64,000 nucleotides of DNA from contig JBBSGP010000009.1 in the NCBI GenBank assembly GCA_038253885.1, positions 19,105-83,104 on the forward strand, given 5' to 3'. Under the pieces are notes generated by a model. It did no database searches, was not told the origin of the DNA, and was given only the letters and a program-made list of their open reading frames with translations. The position numbers were made by a program, and so were the translations under genes. Positions 26,248 through 35,055 of this stretch are shown piece after piece (position 1 is the first letter of the stretch; every line of letters begins with the position of its first letter). Origin of the DNA: Gemmatimonadales bacterium (lineage in GTDB: Bacteria > Gemmatimonadota > Gemmatimonadetes > Gemmatimonadales > Gemmatimonadaceae).

Positions 26248-26555
26248 GCCTCCTCCGGATCCCCGTGAGTGTCCAGTCGCGGGACCAGGAAGAAGCCATC
26301 CTGCATCCGGGGCGCGAACTCGTCGCGAGATCGCAGCAACGGGAGCGGCAGTCCGCCATCGTCCCTCAGTGGACAGGGGGCATCCCCCACCCCCGCGGCC
26401 AGCGACACACCTTCGGTCTTGACCGCCGACAGGACATCCATGTGTCCGAGGATGCCGTTCAGCTGAGCGACGAGCTGTGGAATCTGATCCTCCGGCAGCG
26501 CCAGTCGCGCCAGAGACGCGATGTGCACGACGTCCTCGCGATGGACCGCCATCAC
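26244..26555 (-). CDS. gatC: Asp-tRNA(Asn)/Glu-tRNA(Gln) amidotransferase subunit C
   Basis: 103 aa: VVHIASLARLALPEDQIPQLVAQLNGILGHMDVL. The position upstream of gatA supports the call. Confidence 0.85.
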   Translation of the reverse strand: MMAVHREDVVHIASLARLALPEDQIPQLVAQLNGILGHMDVLSAVKTEGVSLAAGVGDAPCPLRDDGGLPLPLLRSRDEFAPRMQDGFFLVPRLDTHGDPEEA

Positions 26556-28822
26556 TCGAATCCGCGCTGCAGACCGGCATACGCGACAACGAGCCGCTTG
26601 CGACCGATGCTCTCGTCGTCGAAGTCGACCGTCACCTTCAGGTCGCGCCCTGTGCCTCCGAGCTCGACGACCGTGCCGGACCCGAACCGGGCGTGTCGCA
26701 CCCGCTCGCCTTTCACGAAGCGTGGTGCATCCTGCGATGCGTCCTCATCGGGATCGGAGGCGAAACCGGAGCGGGTCACCGGCCGGCCGGGTCGTCGCGC
26801 GGACGGCGACTGGGGCATCACCCCGCGGCCGGTTGCGCGAAGCCGCAGCGTCGCGCGCTCCTCGAGCATGCCCGGTGGCACGGTCGCCAGGAAGCTGGAC
26901 GGAATGGACGGCATCGTCTCACCGTTGCGCCGCCGGCTGCGCGCATGGGTCAGATAGAGCTTTCGCTCGGCCCGTGTGATCCCGACGTAGAAGAGACGGC
27001 GCTCCTCCTCGAGCAACTCCGGCTCGTCGTGGGCGCGGCTCAGCGGAAAGAGCCCCTCTTCGAGGCCGGTGATGAAGACGACCGGAAACTCGAGCCCTTT
27101 CGCGTTGTGGAGTGTCATGAGCAGCACGGCATCCGCGGCCGGGTCGTCGCGGTCGATGTCCGCGATCAGCGATGCCCTCTGCAGGAAGTGGTCGAGCGGT
27201 GTGAGGCCGAGCTCACCCCCTTCGTCGGCGACCGTCTCTTCGGCGCCGGCGATGAGCTCGCGGACGTTGTCGAGTCGGTCAGCACCGTCTGGCTCCTTCC
27301 GAAGATCAGCGGCGTACCCGATCTCCTCGACCAGATCGCGGAGCAGCTCGTCCACCGACAGCTCGACGGCGCGGGCGCGATAGCGATGCACGAGCGAGGA
27401 GAAATCAGCCAGCGCCTGGCGTGCTGCGGAACGGAGCGACTCCAACCGCTCCGGCCGGGAGGCGACATCGAGCAGCGACATCCCGGCCGCTCGCGCGACG
27501 TCGCCGAGCTGCTCGAGTGTCGCCTCGCCCAGCCCGCGGCGGGGCACCCCGATGGCACGCAGGAAAGCCTGGTCGTCGGCGGGGTTGGCGATGAGCTTGA
27601 GATAGCTCATCAGGTCGCGGATCTCGCGCCGGTCGTAGAACCGCACTGCTCCGATGATGCGATACGGCAGGCCGTGCCGGCGCAGCGATTCCTCCAGCGC
27701 GCGGCTCTGCGAGTTCGTCCGGTAGAGGACCGCGATGTCGCGCAGCGTCAACTCGGGTTGGGCCGATCGCCTGCCGGCGATCTCCTCGGCCAGCCACTCG
27801 GACTCATCGCGCTCATCGAGGCAGCCGGTGACCGTCACCCGCTCCCCACCCTGACGGGTAGGACGCAGCGTCTTACCCCTCCGCCCGACGTTGGCGCTGA
27901 TGACGACGTTCGCCAGATCGAGAACCTGCGGTGTGGAGCGATAATTGTCCTCGAGGCGGACCACCCTCGCGGCCGGAAAATCCTTCTCGAAGTCGAGAAT
28001 GTTCCGGATGTCGGCGCCCCGCCATCCGTAGATCGATTGATCGTCGTCACCGACGACGCAGACGTTCCCGTGCTCGCCGCCGAGCAGGGTGACGAGCTTG
28101 TATTGGGCCCGGTTGGTGTCCTGGTACTCGTCCACCAGGATGAACTGGAACCGGGCGCGGTAGTCGGCGAGCCGATCCGGACGATCCAGGAGCACTCGCA
28201 CCGGCAGCACGAGGAGATCGTCGAAGTCCACCGCGTTCGCCTCGCGCAGCGCTGCATCGAACGGAGCATAGAGCTGCGCCGCCGCTTTGCTCATCGGGTC
28301 CATCGCCAGCGCAGCGTATTCCTCGGGACCGACGAGACCGTTCTTGGCATCGGAGATGGCCGCTCGCATGATCCGCGGACTCCACTGCTTGGTCGAGATC
28401 CGCAGCCGGTCCATCACCCGACGCATGACGGAGAGCGTGTCGTCCTCGTCGTAGATGGTGAACGCGGCGGTGCGTCCGACGGCTGGGGCCTCTCGCCGCA
28501 ACATGCGCGCGCCGATGGAGTGAAAGGTGCCGATCCACATCCCGGCGGGCGTCTCCCCCAGCGCGCGCGCGACCCGCTCCCGCATCTCTCCCGCGGCCTT
28601 GTTGGTGAAGGTCACCGCGAGGATGTGCGCCGGATCCACCCCCTGCTGTTCGATGAGCCACGCGATGCGCGACGTCAGGACCCGCGTCTTCCCGGAGCCG
28701 GCACCGGCGAGGATGAGGAGCGGACCCTCGAAATGTTCGACCGCTTCGCGCTGCACGGGATTGAGGTGCGCAACCCGGCCGACATCGGCGGCGATCTCGG
28801 TGGTGGCGTGCGGCGCACTCAT
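26552..28822 (-). CDS. pcrA: ATP-dependent DNA helicase, UvrD/PcrA family
   Basis: LNPVQREAV...LILAGAGSGKTRVL, LVDEYQDTNRAQY, VGDDDQSIYGWRGA, LEDNYRS, MTLHNAKGLEFPVVF, and a C-terminal Tudor-like GERVRHARFGSGTVVEL. ATG 28822 overlaps the kinase gene's stop (ATGA). Confidence 0.92.
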   Translation of the reverse strand: MSAPHATTEIAADVGRVAHLNPVQREAVEHFEGPLLILAGAGSGKTRVLTSRIAWLIEQQGVDPAHILAVTFTNKAAGEMRERVARALGETPAGMWIGTFHSIGARMLRREAPAVGRTAAFTIYDEDDTLSVMRRVMDRLRISTKQWSPRIMRAAISDAKNGLVGPEEYAALAMDPMSKAAAQLYAPFDAALREANAVDFDDLLVLPVRVLLDRPDRLADYRARFQFILVDEYQDTNRAQYKLVTLLGGEHGNVCVVGDDDQSIYGWRGADIRNILDFEKDFPAARVVRLEDNYRSTPQVLDLANVVISANVGRRGKTLRPTRQGGERVTVTGCLDERDESEWLAEEIAGRRSAQPELTLRDIAVLYRTNSQSRALEESLRRHGLPYRIIGAVRFYDRREIRDLMSYLKLIANPADDQAFLRAIGVPRRGLGEATLEQLGDVARAAGMSLLDVASRPERLESLRSAARQALADFSSLVHRYRARAVELSVDELLRDLVEEIGYAADLRKEPDGADRLDNVRELIAGAEETVADEGGELGLTPLDHFLQRASLIADIDRDDPAADAVLLMTLHNAKGLEFPVVFITGLEEGLFPLSRAHDEPELLEEERRLFYVGITRAERKLYLTHARSRRRNGETMPSIPSSFLATVPPGMLEERATLRLRATGRGVMPQSPSARRPGRPVTRSGFASDPDEDASQDAPRFVKGERVRHARFGSGTVVELGGTGRDLKVTVDFDDESIGRKRLVVAYAGLQRGFE

Positions 28823-29964
28823 CCCGGAAGTATAACGTCGAAGGTGGCGCCCCGGTCGGTGGGTGCCAGCGTCAGCGTCCCGCGGTGTGCTTCCTCGATG
28901 ATCCGGCGCGCGAGCGACAGGCCGATGCCCCATCCGGCTTCCTTGGTGGAGAAGCCGGCATCGAAGATGCGGGCGCGGAGCTCGCGTGGGATTCCCGGCC
29001 CGTCATCGGCGACGCGCAGACGAACCCGCCCGTGATCCAGCCGGTGCGCCGATACGACAACGCGTCCCCCGCGCCCGGCCAGCGCATCCACGGCGTTCTT
29101 CACCAGTGCCTCGAGAGCCCATTCGAGGAGGACGGGATCTCCCTGTACCATGAGAGGTCCGTCACCGAACTCTCCCTGAACGGCGACGCGATGCGCGAGC
29201 GTCGGAACGCGCGCCGCGAAGTAGCGGACGATACCCTCCGCCAGGGCCCGGACGTCGACGTCGTCGTGACGCGCCGGCCGCCCGATGCGCTCGAAGCGGT
29301 GCGCGACCCGCTCGAGCCGGTCGAGATCGGCCTGCATGTGCGTCACCGCGGTGGCGACGATGGGCTCCTCGCTGCCCTCCTGCAGCAATGCTATCCATCC
29401 GCTCAGGCTGGACAGCGGCGTCGCGAGCTGGTGCGCCGACTCACGGGCCATCCCCGCCCAGACCCGCTCCTGATCGGCGCGGCTGTACGTGCGAAGCAAT
29501 AGAAAGGACGCGCCGAGGACGAGGGCGAGGAGGACGGCTTCGAGGGCGGGAATGACGCGCATGCTGGTGACGAGCCGGCTGTCGCCATAGTGAACAGTGC
29601 CGACCTCCTCCTCCGGGACGGGCGCATTGTGCCGGTCGAGCTCCGTCACGTAGGCCCGGACGCGTGGATCGGTGAGCGGCGCGTCGAAAGGCAGGTTGGC
29701 GGCGGCTGTCGGGCGCCCCTCGGCGTCGGTCACGATCACGGGCACGCCCAGCTCGCGGATGTGCGAGGAGAGATCGAGCAGAGCGGCATTGCCGGCGTCC
29801 TGGCTGGTGTCGCTCAGGGCGCGGAAGACCCGGGCGTACATGCGCCCGTTCCGGGCGGCGTCGGCGCGCAGCTCGCGGACCACTCGCTGGGTGTAGACGA
29901 TGTAGGAGCCCAGAACGAAAGCCACCGCCATCCCCAGCGCGATCACGGGTGCGCCACGGCGCAT
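28819..29964 (-). CDS. sensor histidine kinase (two TM segments, HisKA + HATPase_c)
   Basis: H-box ARESAHQLATPLSSLSGW. N-box LEALVKNAVDAL. G1 VADDGPGIP. G2 GWGIGLSLARRI. Two hydrophobic segments flank a ~120-aa periplasmic region. Confidence 0.85.
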   Translation of the reverse strand: MRRGAPVIALGMAVAFVLGSYIVYTQRVVRELRADAARNGRMYARVFRALSDTSQDAGNAALLDLSSHIRELGVPVIVTDAEGRPTAAANLPFDAPLTDPRVRAYVTELDRHNAPVPEEEVGTVHYGDSRLVTSMRVIPALEAVLLALVLGASFLLLRTYSRADQERVWAGMARESAHQLATPLSSLSGWIALLQEGSEEPIVATAVTHMQADLDRLERVAHRFERIGRPARHDDVDVRALAEGIVRYFAARVPTLAHRVAVQGEFGDGPLMVQGDPVLLEWALEALVKNAVDALAGRGGRVVVSAHRLDHGRVRLRVADDGPGIPRELRARIFDAGFSTKEAGWGIGLSLARRIIEEAHRGTLTLAPTDRGATFDVILPG

Positions 29965-29967
29965 CCG

Positions 29968-31242
29968 TCAGCCGAGTCTGTCCGTGCCGAGATACGGCCG
30001 GAGCGCTTCGGGCACGGTCACGCTGCCATCCGGACGCTGGTGGTGCTCCAGGATGGCGATGATGGTGCGCGGGAAAGCGAGCGCCGAGGCATTGAGCGTG
30101 TGAATCAACCGCGGCTTCTCGCCGGGCGCGGGACGGTACCGGATGTTCGCGCGTCGCGCCTGAAAATCGGTGAACACACTGGCCGATGAGACCTCCAGCC
30201 ACTTGCCGACACCCGGCGCCCAGACCTCGAGATCGTATGTCTTGGCGCTCGCGAATCCGGTATCTCCGGCGGCGAGGAGCTTCACCCGGTAGGGGAGGGC
30301 CAGGCCACGCAGCGCCGCTTCGGCATGCCCGGTGAGCGTCTCGAGCTCCTCGGCCGAACTCTCCGGAGTCGCGTAGCGAACGAGCTCGACCTTGTCGAAC
30401 TGATGGACGCGGATGAGACCGCGCGTGTCCTTTCCGTGGGCGCCGGCCTCACGGCGAAAACACGGAGTGTAGGCGACGAATCCCTTGGGCAGGATCGATG
30501 CGTCGAGTGTCTCGTCTCGGTAGAGGTTGGTGACGGGAACCTCGGCGGTGGGGATGAGATACCCATCGTCGTCGCGGAGCCGGTACATGTCCTCTTCGAA
30601 CTTCGGGAGCTGTCCCGTCCCGGTCATTGTCGCTCGACTCGCGACGAACGGGACCCACACTTCCTCGTAGCCGTGCTCACGGATCTGCAGATCGATCATG
30701 TACGACATGAGAGCGCGCACGAGCCGGGCACCCAGGGCGCGGAAGACGATGAAGCCGGAGCCCATGAGCTTGGCGCCGCGCGCGAGGTCGAGGATCCCGA
30801 GCCGCTCTCCCACCTCCCAGTGCGGAGCGACTCCGTCCACTGGCCGCGGCTGTCCCCAGCTGCGGACGATGACATTCGCGTCCTCGCCCCCCTCGGGTAC
30901 GTTGGCGAGCGGAATGTTGGGCAGCTCGAGGAGCAGGCTTTCCAGCTCGAGCTCGATGGCGCCCAAGTCGATGTCCAGACGGGCGATCTCGTCGCCGACC
31001 GCGCGCGCCTCGGCGATCAGTTGATCCGCGTTCTCGCCGGCCTTGCGCTTCTGCGCGACTTGCTGGCTGGCGGCGTTGCGTCGTGCCTTGAGCGCCTCCA
31101 CCGCCTGAATCACCTGGCGCCGCTGACGGTCGAGCGCCTCGGCGCGATCGATGGAGGATCCGAGCACGCCCAGGGCGCCGCGCCGCCGCATGCCCTCGCG
31201 CAGCGCGTCGAGATTCTCGCGCAGCAGCTTGAGGTCGTGCAC
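29968..31242 (-). CDS. serS: serine--tRNA ligase
   Basis: (M)HDLKLLRENLD... forms an N-terminal coiled coil. Class II motifs: LIPTAEVPVTNL, CFRREAGAHGKDTRGLIRVHQFDKVE, HTLNASALAFPRTIIAILE. The start is GTG 31242, 1 nt after the upstream stop. Confidence 0.92.
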   Translation of the reverse strand: MHDLKLLRENLDALREGMRRRGALGVLGSSIDRAEALDRQRRQVIQAVEALKARRNAASQQVAQKRKAGENADQLIAEARAVGDEIARLDIDLGAIELELESLLLELPNIPLANVPEGGEDANVIVRSWGQPRPVDGVAPHWEVGERLGILDLARGAKLMGSGFIVFRALGARLVRALMSYMIDLQIREHGYEEVWVPFVASRATMTGTGQLPKFEEDMYRLRDDDGYLIPTAEVPVTNLYRDETLDASILPKGFVAYTPCFRREAGAHGKDTRGLIRVHQFDKVELVRYATPESSAEELETLTGHAEAALRGLALPYRVKLLAAGDTGFASAKTYDLEVWAPGVGKWLEVSSASVFTDFQARRANIRYRPAPGEKPRLIHTLNASALAFPRTIIAILEHHQRPDGSVTVPEALRPYLGTDRLG

Positions 31243-31243
31243 G

Positions 31244-31804
31244 TCAGGACGTCGGAACGCCGGGCAGGAAAGAGCGGAAGCCGCAGTCGGGGTCCACGCG
31301 CATGCGCAACCGGATCGTGCGCGCGGCCGCATCGATCGCCAGGATCTGGAGCTTGGAGTAGATGTAGGGATTCACCTCGAGGGCGCAGTTCACGTGCTGG
31401 CTGCGCACCAGCACGACGTCGCCAACCTGCGCGGTGACGCTCACACTGTCCACATATCCGTTCTCCGGCGCCTTGGTGATCGCCTCGAAGGAGAGTGCGC
31501 TTCTCTGAAGCCCGGTTCGCCCCACCGGACTCAGCAGGTTGGGCGGGTAGAGAACCACCCCAGCGCCGCCCGGCGCAAGGTCGAAGACGACGGTGGCGTT
31601 GGAGCCGGTCTCGAAGCGTACGGCCACCGGCCGGTGGCTCGAGTCGCTGTTCACCGCCACTGGCCGGCTGAGCGAGGTGTCGCGAAGCGCGTACACCGTG
31701 AGCGTGTCCTCGACGACGATGAAGTTGGCCTTCACCCCGGTCGGATTGCCACAGGCCATCGCGGCCGCGACGCCGGCGAGCAGGAGAAAAAGTCTCGACG
31801 TCAT
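31244..31804 (-). CDS. hypothetical lipoprotein
   Basis: 186 aa. The signal peptide has a lipobox-like end (LLLAGVAAAMAC-G). I recognise no family. Confidence 0.6.
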   Translation of the reverse strand: MTSRLFLLLAGVAAAMACGNPTGVKANFIVVEDTLTVYALRDTSLSRPVAVNSDSSHRPVAVRFETGSNATVVFDLAPGGAGVVLYPPNLLSPVGRTGLQRSALSFEAITKAPENGYVDSVSVTAQVGDVVLVRSQHVNCALEVNPYIYSKLQILAIDAAARTIRLRMRVDPDCGFRSFLPGVPTS

Positions 31805-31870
31805 GACGTGGCGTGAGGGACGGCGGGGCGCAGGGTCGGGCGCGAAGAATACCGCTGCGTGAGGGAGACT

Positions 31871-31917
31871 TCAAGCGATTGCGGTCGCTTGACTTCGCTT
31901 CGGACGCTTTCTAGCTT
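31871..31917 (+). promoter_or_regulatory. candidate promoter plus operator upstream of the Roadblock operon
   Basis: A perfect inverted repeat TCAAGCGA-N6-TCGCTTGA (31871..31892) overlaps a TTGACT (31889..31894), 17-nt spacer, TAGCTT (31912..31917) arrangement. The motif CGCTT recurs at 31886, 31896 and 31905, about 10 bp apart. Confidence 0.3.
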
Positions 31918-31944
31918 CGCTGAACCCGAGCCATCGGAGCGTGT

Positions 31945-32298
31945 TTGCCCACCATCCGCGATCTCGTCGGCGAGCTGCGCCGGCGTGAAGGTGTCGAGGC
32001 GGTCGTGCTCCTCGGCCGCGATGGTCTGCTGATCGACAGCCAATCCGCGCCTCAGCTCGATGCGGAGAGCGTGGCCGCGCTGGTGCCGGGAATCGTCTCG
32101 GCGGCCGATGAGTTTGGCGCGCAGAGCGGCCGTGGCGCGCTGGTGACCGGAATCCTGGAATACCGGGATGGCCTGGCGATCGTTTCCGTGCTGACGGACG
32201 ATGCGATGCTGCTGGTGCTCGTTCAGCAGACGGCTCAGCTCGGCCCGTTGCTGTTCGAGCTGCGACGCAATCACGCGCACATCGCATCCCTCATCTGA
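31945..32298 (+). CDS. Roadblock/LC7 (MglB-like) domain protein
   Basis: 117 aa: L..ELRRREGVEAVVLLGRDGLLIDS...ALVPGIVSAADEFG...LEYRDGLAIVSVLTDDAMLLVLV. The start is TTG. Confidence 0.75.
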   Translation: MPTIRDLVGELRRREGVEAVVLLGRDGLLIDSQSAPQLDAESVAALVPGIVSAADEFGAQSGRGALVTGILEYRDGLAIVSVLTDDAMLLVLVQQTAQLGPLLFELRRNHAHIASLI

Positions 32299-32321
32299 CT
32301 CTCCGAGCGACACCATCTCTC

Positions 32322-32774
32322 ATGCCCACGCCCGCACCGGCTTTTCCTCCGGAGCTTCATTCCGAGCACATGGATAGACTGCACGTTCTGGTCGCCGACG
32401 ATGAGCCGCACATCGGCCGCATCATCAAGATGAAGCTCGAGCAGGGACCCTTCCGGGTGACGCTTGCCTACGATGGCCAGGAGGCGCTCGAGATTCTGGA
32501 GCGGGAGCCCGGCATCGTTCTGGTGCTGCTGGACCTGATGATGCCGCGGATGAGCGGACTGGACGTCCTGCGCGCGATGCGGAGTGATCCGCGCTGGGCA
32601 GACCTGCCGTGCATCATCCTGACAGCAGCTGGCCAGGAGCAGCACCACCGGAAAGCGATGGAGATCGGCGCCAGCGAGTTCCTGACCAAGCCGTTCAGCC
32701 CGAAGAAGCTGTACGCCCGCGCGGCGGAGCTCGCCGGTGTCGCGTCAGAGGAGACGGACGCGGAGGGCCGGTGA
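32322..32774 (+). CDS. stand-alone response-regulator receiver domain (CheY-like)
   Basis: VLVADDEPHIGRII...VLLDLMMPRMSGLDVL...PCIILTAAG...GASEFLTKPFSP. The acidic pocket DD, the phospho-Asp in LLDLMMP, and the T and K residues are all present. ATG 32370 is an alternative start. Confidence 0.88.
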   Translation: MPTPAPAFPPELHSEHMDRLHVLVADDEPHIGRIIKMKLEQGPFRVTLAYDGQEALEILEREPGIVLVLLDLMMPRMSGLDVLRAMRSDPRWADLPCIILTAAGQEQHHRKAMEIGASEFLTKPFSPKKLYARAAELAGVASEETDAEGR

Positions 32775-33853
32775 CCCGCTGGGCGGTAGTGCTCGCCGGT
32801 GGCGTGGGCTCACGCTTCTGGCCGGTCAGCACTCCGCAGCGACCCAAACAGCTTCTGCCACTGATCGGAGATGAACCGTTGCTCTCCGAGACGGTGGAGC
32901 GCTTCGCTCCGCTGGTGGCACCCGAGCAGACGCTCATCCTCACCAACGCGACGCTGGCCGACGCGGTGGCGCGACTCCTCCCCTCCGTGCCGCGAGCAAA
33001 CATCATCGCGGAGCCCCGTCCAGCCGGAACCGCCGCGGCTCTGGCCTGGGCCGCCAGCGAAGTCGCGCTCCGCGATACGCCGGAATCGGTGATGCTCTGC
33101 GTCCACGCCGACTGGGCGATCGCTGACCCAGCGGCATTCCGGGGCACGCTGTCGCGGGCTGCCAATGTAGCCGAGCGGGAGCGGAGCCTGGTTACGGTCG
33201 GAGTCGTGCCGAGCCGACCGGACCCGGGGTTTGGCTACATCGAGCCAGGCGCTCTCCTCGCCGGCGACGGCGTCGCGCGTCGCGTGGCGCGCTTCGTGGA
33301 GAAGCCAGATCGGACGAGCGCCGAGCGAATGGTGCGCGATGGCTACCTGTGGAATTCCGGGATCTTCGTGTGGCGCGCGATCGATCTGCTGGATGAGATC
33401 CGGGCCCGTACCCCGGAAGTGGCGGAGGCCCTCGCCATCCACGCCACCGGCCGGGATCGTGATCTGACGCGGTTCTTTGCCGAGGTCCGGCCCATCTCGG
33501 TGGATCATGGTGTGCTCGAGAGAAGCGAGCGCGTGCTGGTGTTACCGGGCGATTTCGGTTGGGACGACGTCGGCACCTGGGCGGCACTGCATCGGGTGCG
33601 CGAGCGGGACGCGGACGGGAACGCGGCGTCGGGCGGGGCCGTTCTCGTGGAGTCCCGTGATAACGTTGTGTTCGCGAGCGCGTCGGGCACGAAAGTGGTG
33701 CTCTACGGTGTCACCGACCTGGTCGTGGTCGCGAGCCAGGGGCTCACGCTCGTCACGACGCGCGAGCGCGCGGCCGATCTCAAGACATTGCTCGATGCGC
33801 TGCCGGCCGAGCTGCGCGAGGGGGGGCGGATGATGGGGGGAGAGCGCGGGTGA
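32771..33853 (+). CDS. mannose-1-phosphate guanylyltransferase-type nucleotidyltransferase
   Basis: AVVLAGGVGSRFWPVSTPQRPKQLLPL...EPRPAGTAAALAWAA...GFGYIEPG...RFVEKPD...YLWNSGIFVW. GTG 32771 overlaps the receiver gene's stop (GTGA). Confidence 0.85.
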   Translation: MTRWAVVLAGGVGSRFWPVSTPQRPKQLLPLIGDEPLLSETVERFAPLVAPEQTLILTNATLADAVARLLPSVPRANIIAEPRPAGTAAALAWAASEVALRDTPESVMLCVHADWAIADPAAFRGTLSRAANVAERERSLVTVGVVPSRPDPGFGYIEPGALLAGDGVARRVARFVEKPDRTSAERMVRDGYLWNSGIFVWRAIDLLDEIRARTPEVAEALAIHATGRDRDLTRFFAEVRPISVDHGVLERSERVLVLPGDFGWDDVGTWAALHRVRERDADGNAASGGAVLVESRDNVVFASASGTKVVLYGVTDLVVVASQGLTLVTTRERAADLKTLLDALPAELREGGRMMGGERG

Positions 33854-35055
33854 CGGCCCTCTACCTCTATGACGACGCGCGCGCGCGGACGTTCGAGCCT
33901 TTCGCCCTCACGCGTCCGGTGGCCGAGCTGCGGGCCGGAACCACGCTGCTGCGCGAACGGTGGGAGCGAGCGCTGGCGACGCCCGCCGCCGGCACGGTGG
34001 CGGCGCCCCACCTCGCGGACTTCGAGGAGGCGGGAGCGCCGCCGTCTGTCGGTGAGAGCGTGCCCGCCGGGGCGATCATCGCGAACGCGCGCTGCGTCGT
34101 CCCGCTGGGATGGACCAGCCGCGTGGCGGACGTCTGGATATGCGAGGGAGCGGTCGCGGCGGTCAGAGTCTCGCGGCCCGTCCCGATAGCCGACTTTGAT
34201 GATGGCGGCACCTCGCTGGACAGCCTGACTGCATCGGGCACGCGGCTGGTGGAGGTTCCGGGACGGTGGCTGGGCGAGGTGTGGCAGCTGGTGACCGAGC
34301 TCATCGGCCAGCTCCAGGCTGACATCGCCGCGATCGGTCCGACGCTGACGGTTGCGCCACCGCATCAGGCCATCCACATCGGGTCGCACCCCGTGTACGT
34401 CGAGCAGGGTGCGACCGTCGAGCCTCACGTCGTTTTCGACTGCAGCGGCGGACCGGTGCTGGTGCGCGCCGGCGCGGTGGTACGCTCGTTCACGCGGCTG
34501 GTCGGTCCCTGCGCGATCGCGGGCGGCACGAGCGTGCTCGGCGATCGCGTGGCGGGATGCTCGATCGGCGAAGGGTGCACGGTGCGTGGCGAGCTGAGTG
34601 AGTCAGTGATCCTCGGACAGGCGAACAAGTCGCACGACGGCTTCGTGGGACACTCCTACCTGGGCCGGTGGGTCAACCTCGGCGCCGGAACCATCACCAG
34701 CAACCTCAAGAACACGTACGGCACCGTATCGATGTGGACACCGGCTGGCATGCGCGACAGCGGCACGATCAAGCTCGGGAGCCTGATCGGCGATCACGTG
34801 AAGACCGGAATCGGCATGCGGCTCACGACGGGGAGCGTCATCGGAGCGGGGTCGAATCTCTACGGCAGCCAGATGCCACCGAAGTACGTCGCGCCCTTCT
34901 CCTGGGGAGAGGGAGCATCGCTCGCGCCGTACCGCCTCGACAAGTTCCTCGAGACGGCCGAGCGCGCGATGGCCCGGCGACAGCTCACCCTCGGAGAGCG
35001 CACGCGGCGCGCACTCGCAGCCGCCCACGAGCGCGGACGACGGAGCAGCGGATGA
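33850..35055 (+). CDS. GlmU-family-like protein: divergent nucleotidyltransferase N-domain plus left-handed beta-helix
   Basis: The N-terminus LYLYDDARARTFEPFALTRPVAELRAGTTLLRERWE resembles the alternative bacterial GlmU / NTP_transf_4 type. The C-terminal half has hexapeptide-repeat character (GHSYLGRWVNLGAGTITSNLKNTYG...IGDHVKTGIGMRLTTGSVIGAGSNL). GTG 33850 overlaps the upstream stop. Confidence 0.75.
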   Translation: MTALYLYDDARARTFEPFALTRPVAELRAGTTLLRERWERALATPAAGTVAAPHLADFEEAGAPPSVGESVPAGAIIANARCVVPLGWTSRVADVWICEGAVAAVRVSRPVPIADFDDGGTSLDSLTASGTRLVEVPGRWLGEVWQLVTELIGQLQADIAAIGPTLTVAPPHQAIHIGSHPVYVEQGATVEPHVVFDCSGGPVLVRAGAVVRSFTRLVGPCAIAGGTSVLGDRVAGCSIGEGCTVRGELSESVILGQANKSHDGFVGHSYLGRWVNLGAGTITSNLKNTYGTVSMWTPAGMRDSGTIKLGSLIGDHVKTGIGMRLTTGSVIGAGSNLYGSQMPPKYVAPFSWGEGASLAPYRLDKFLETAERAMARRQLTLGERTRRALAAAHERGRRSSG

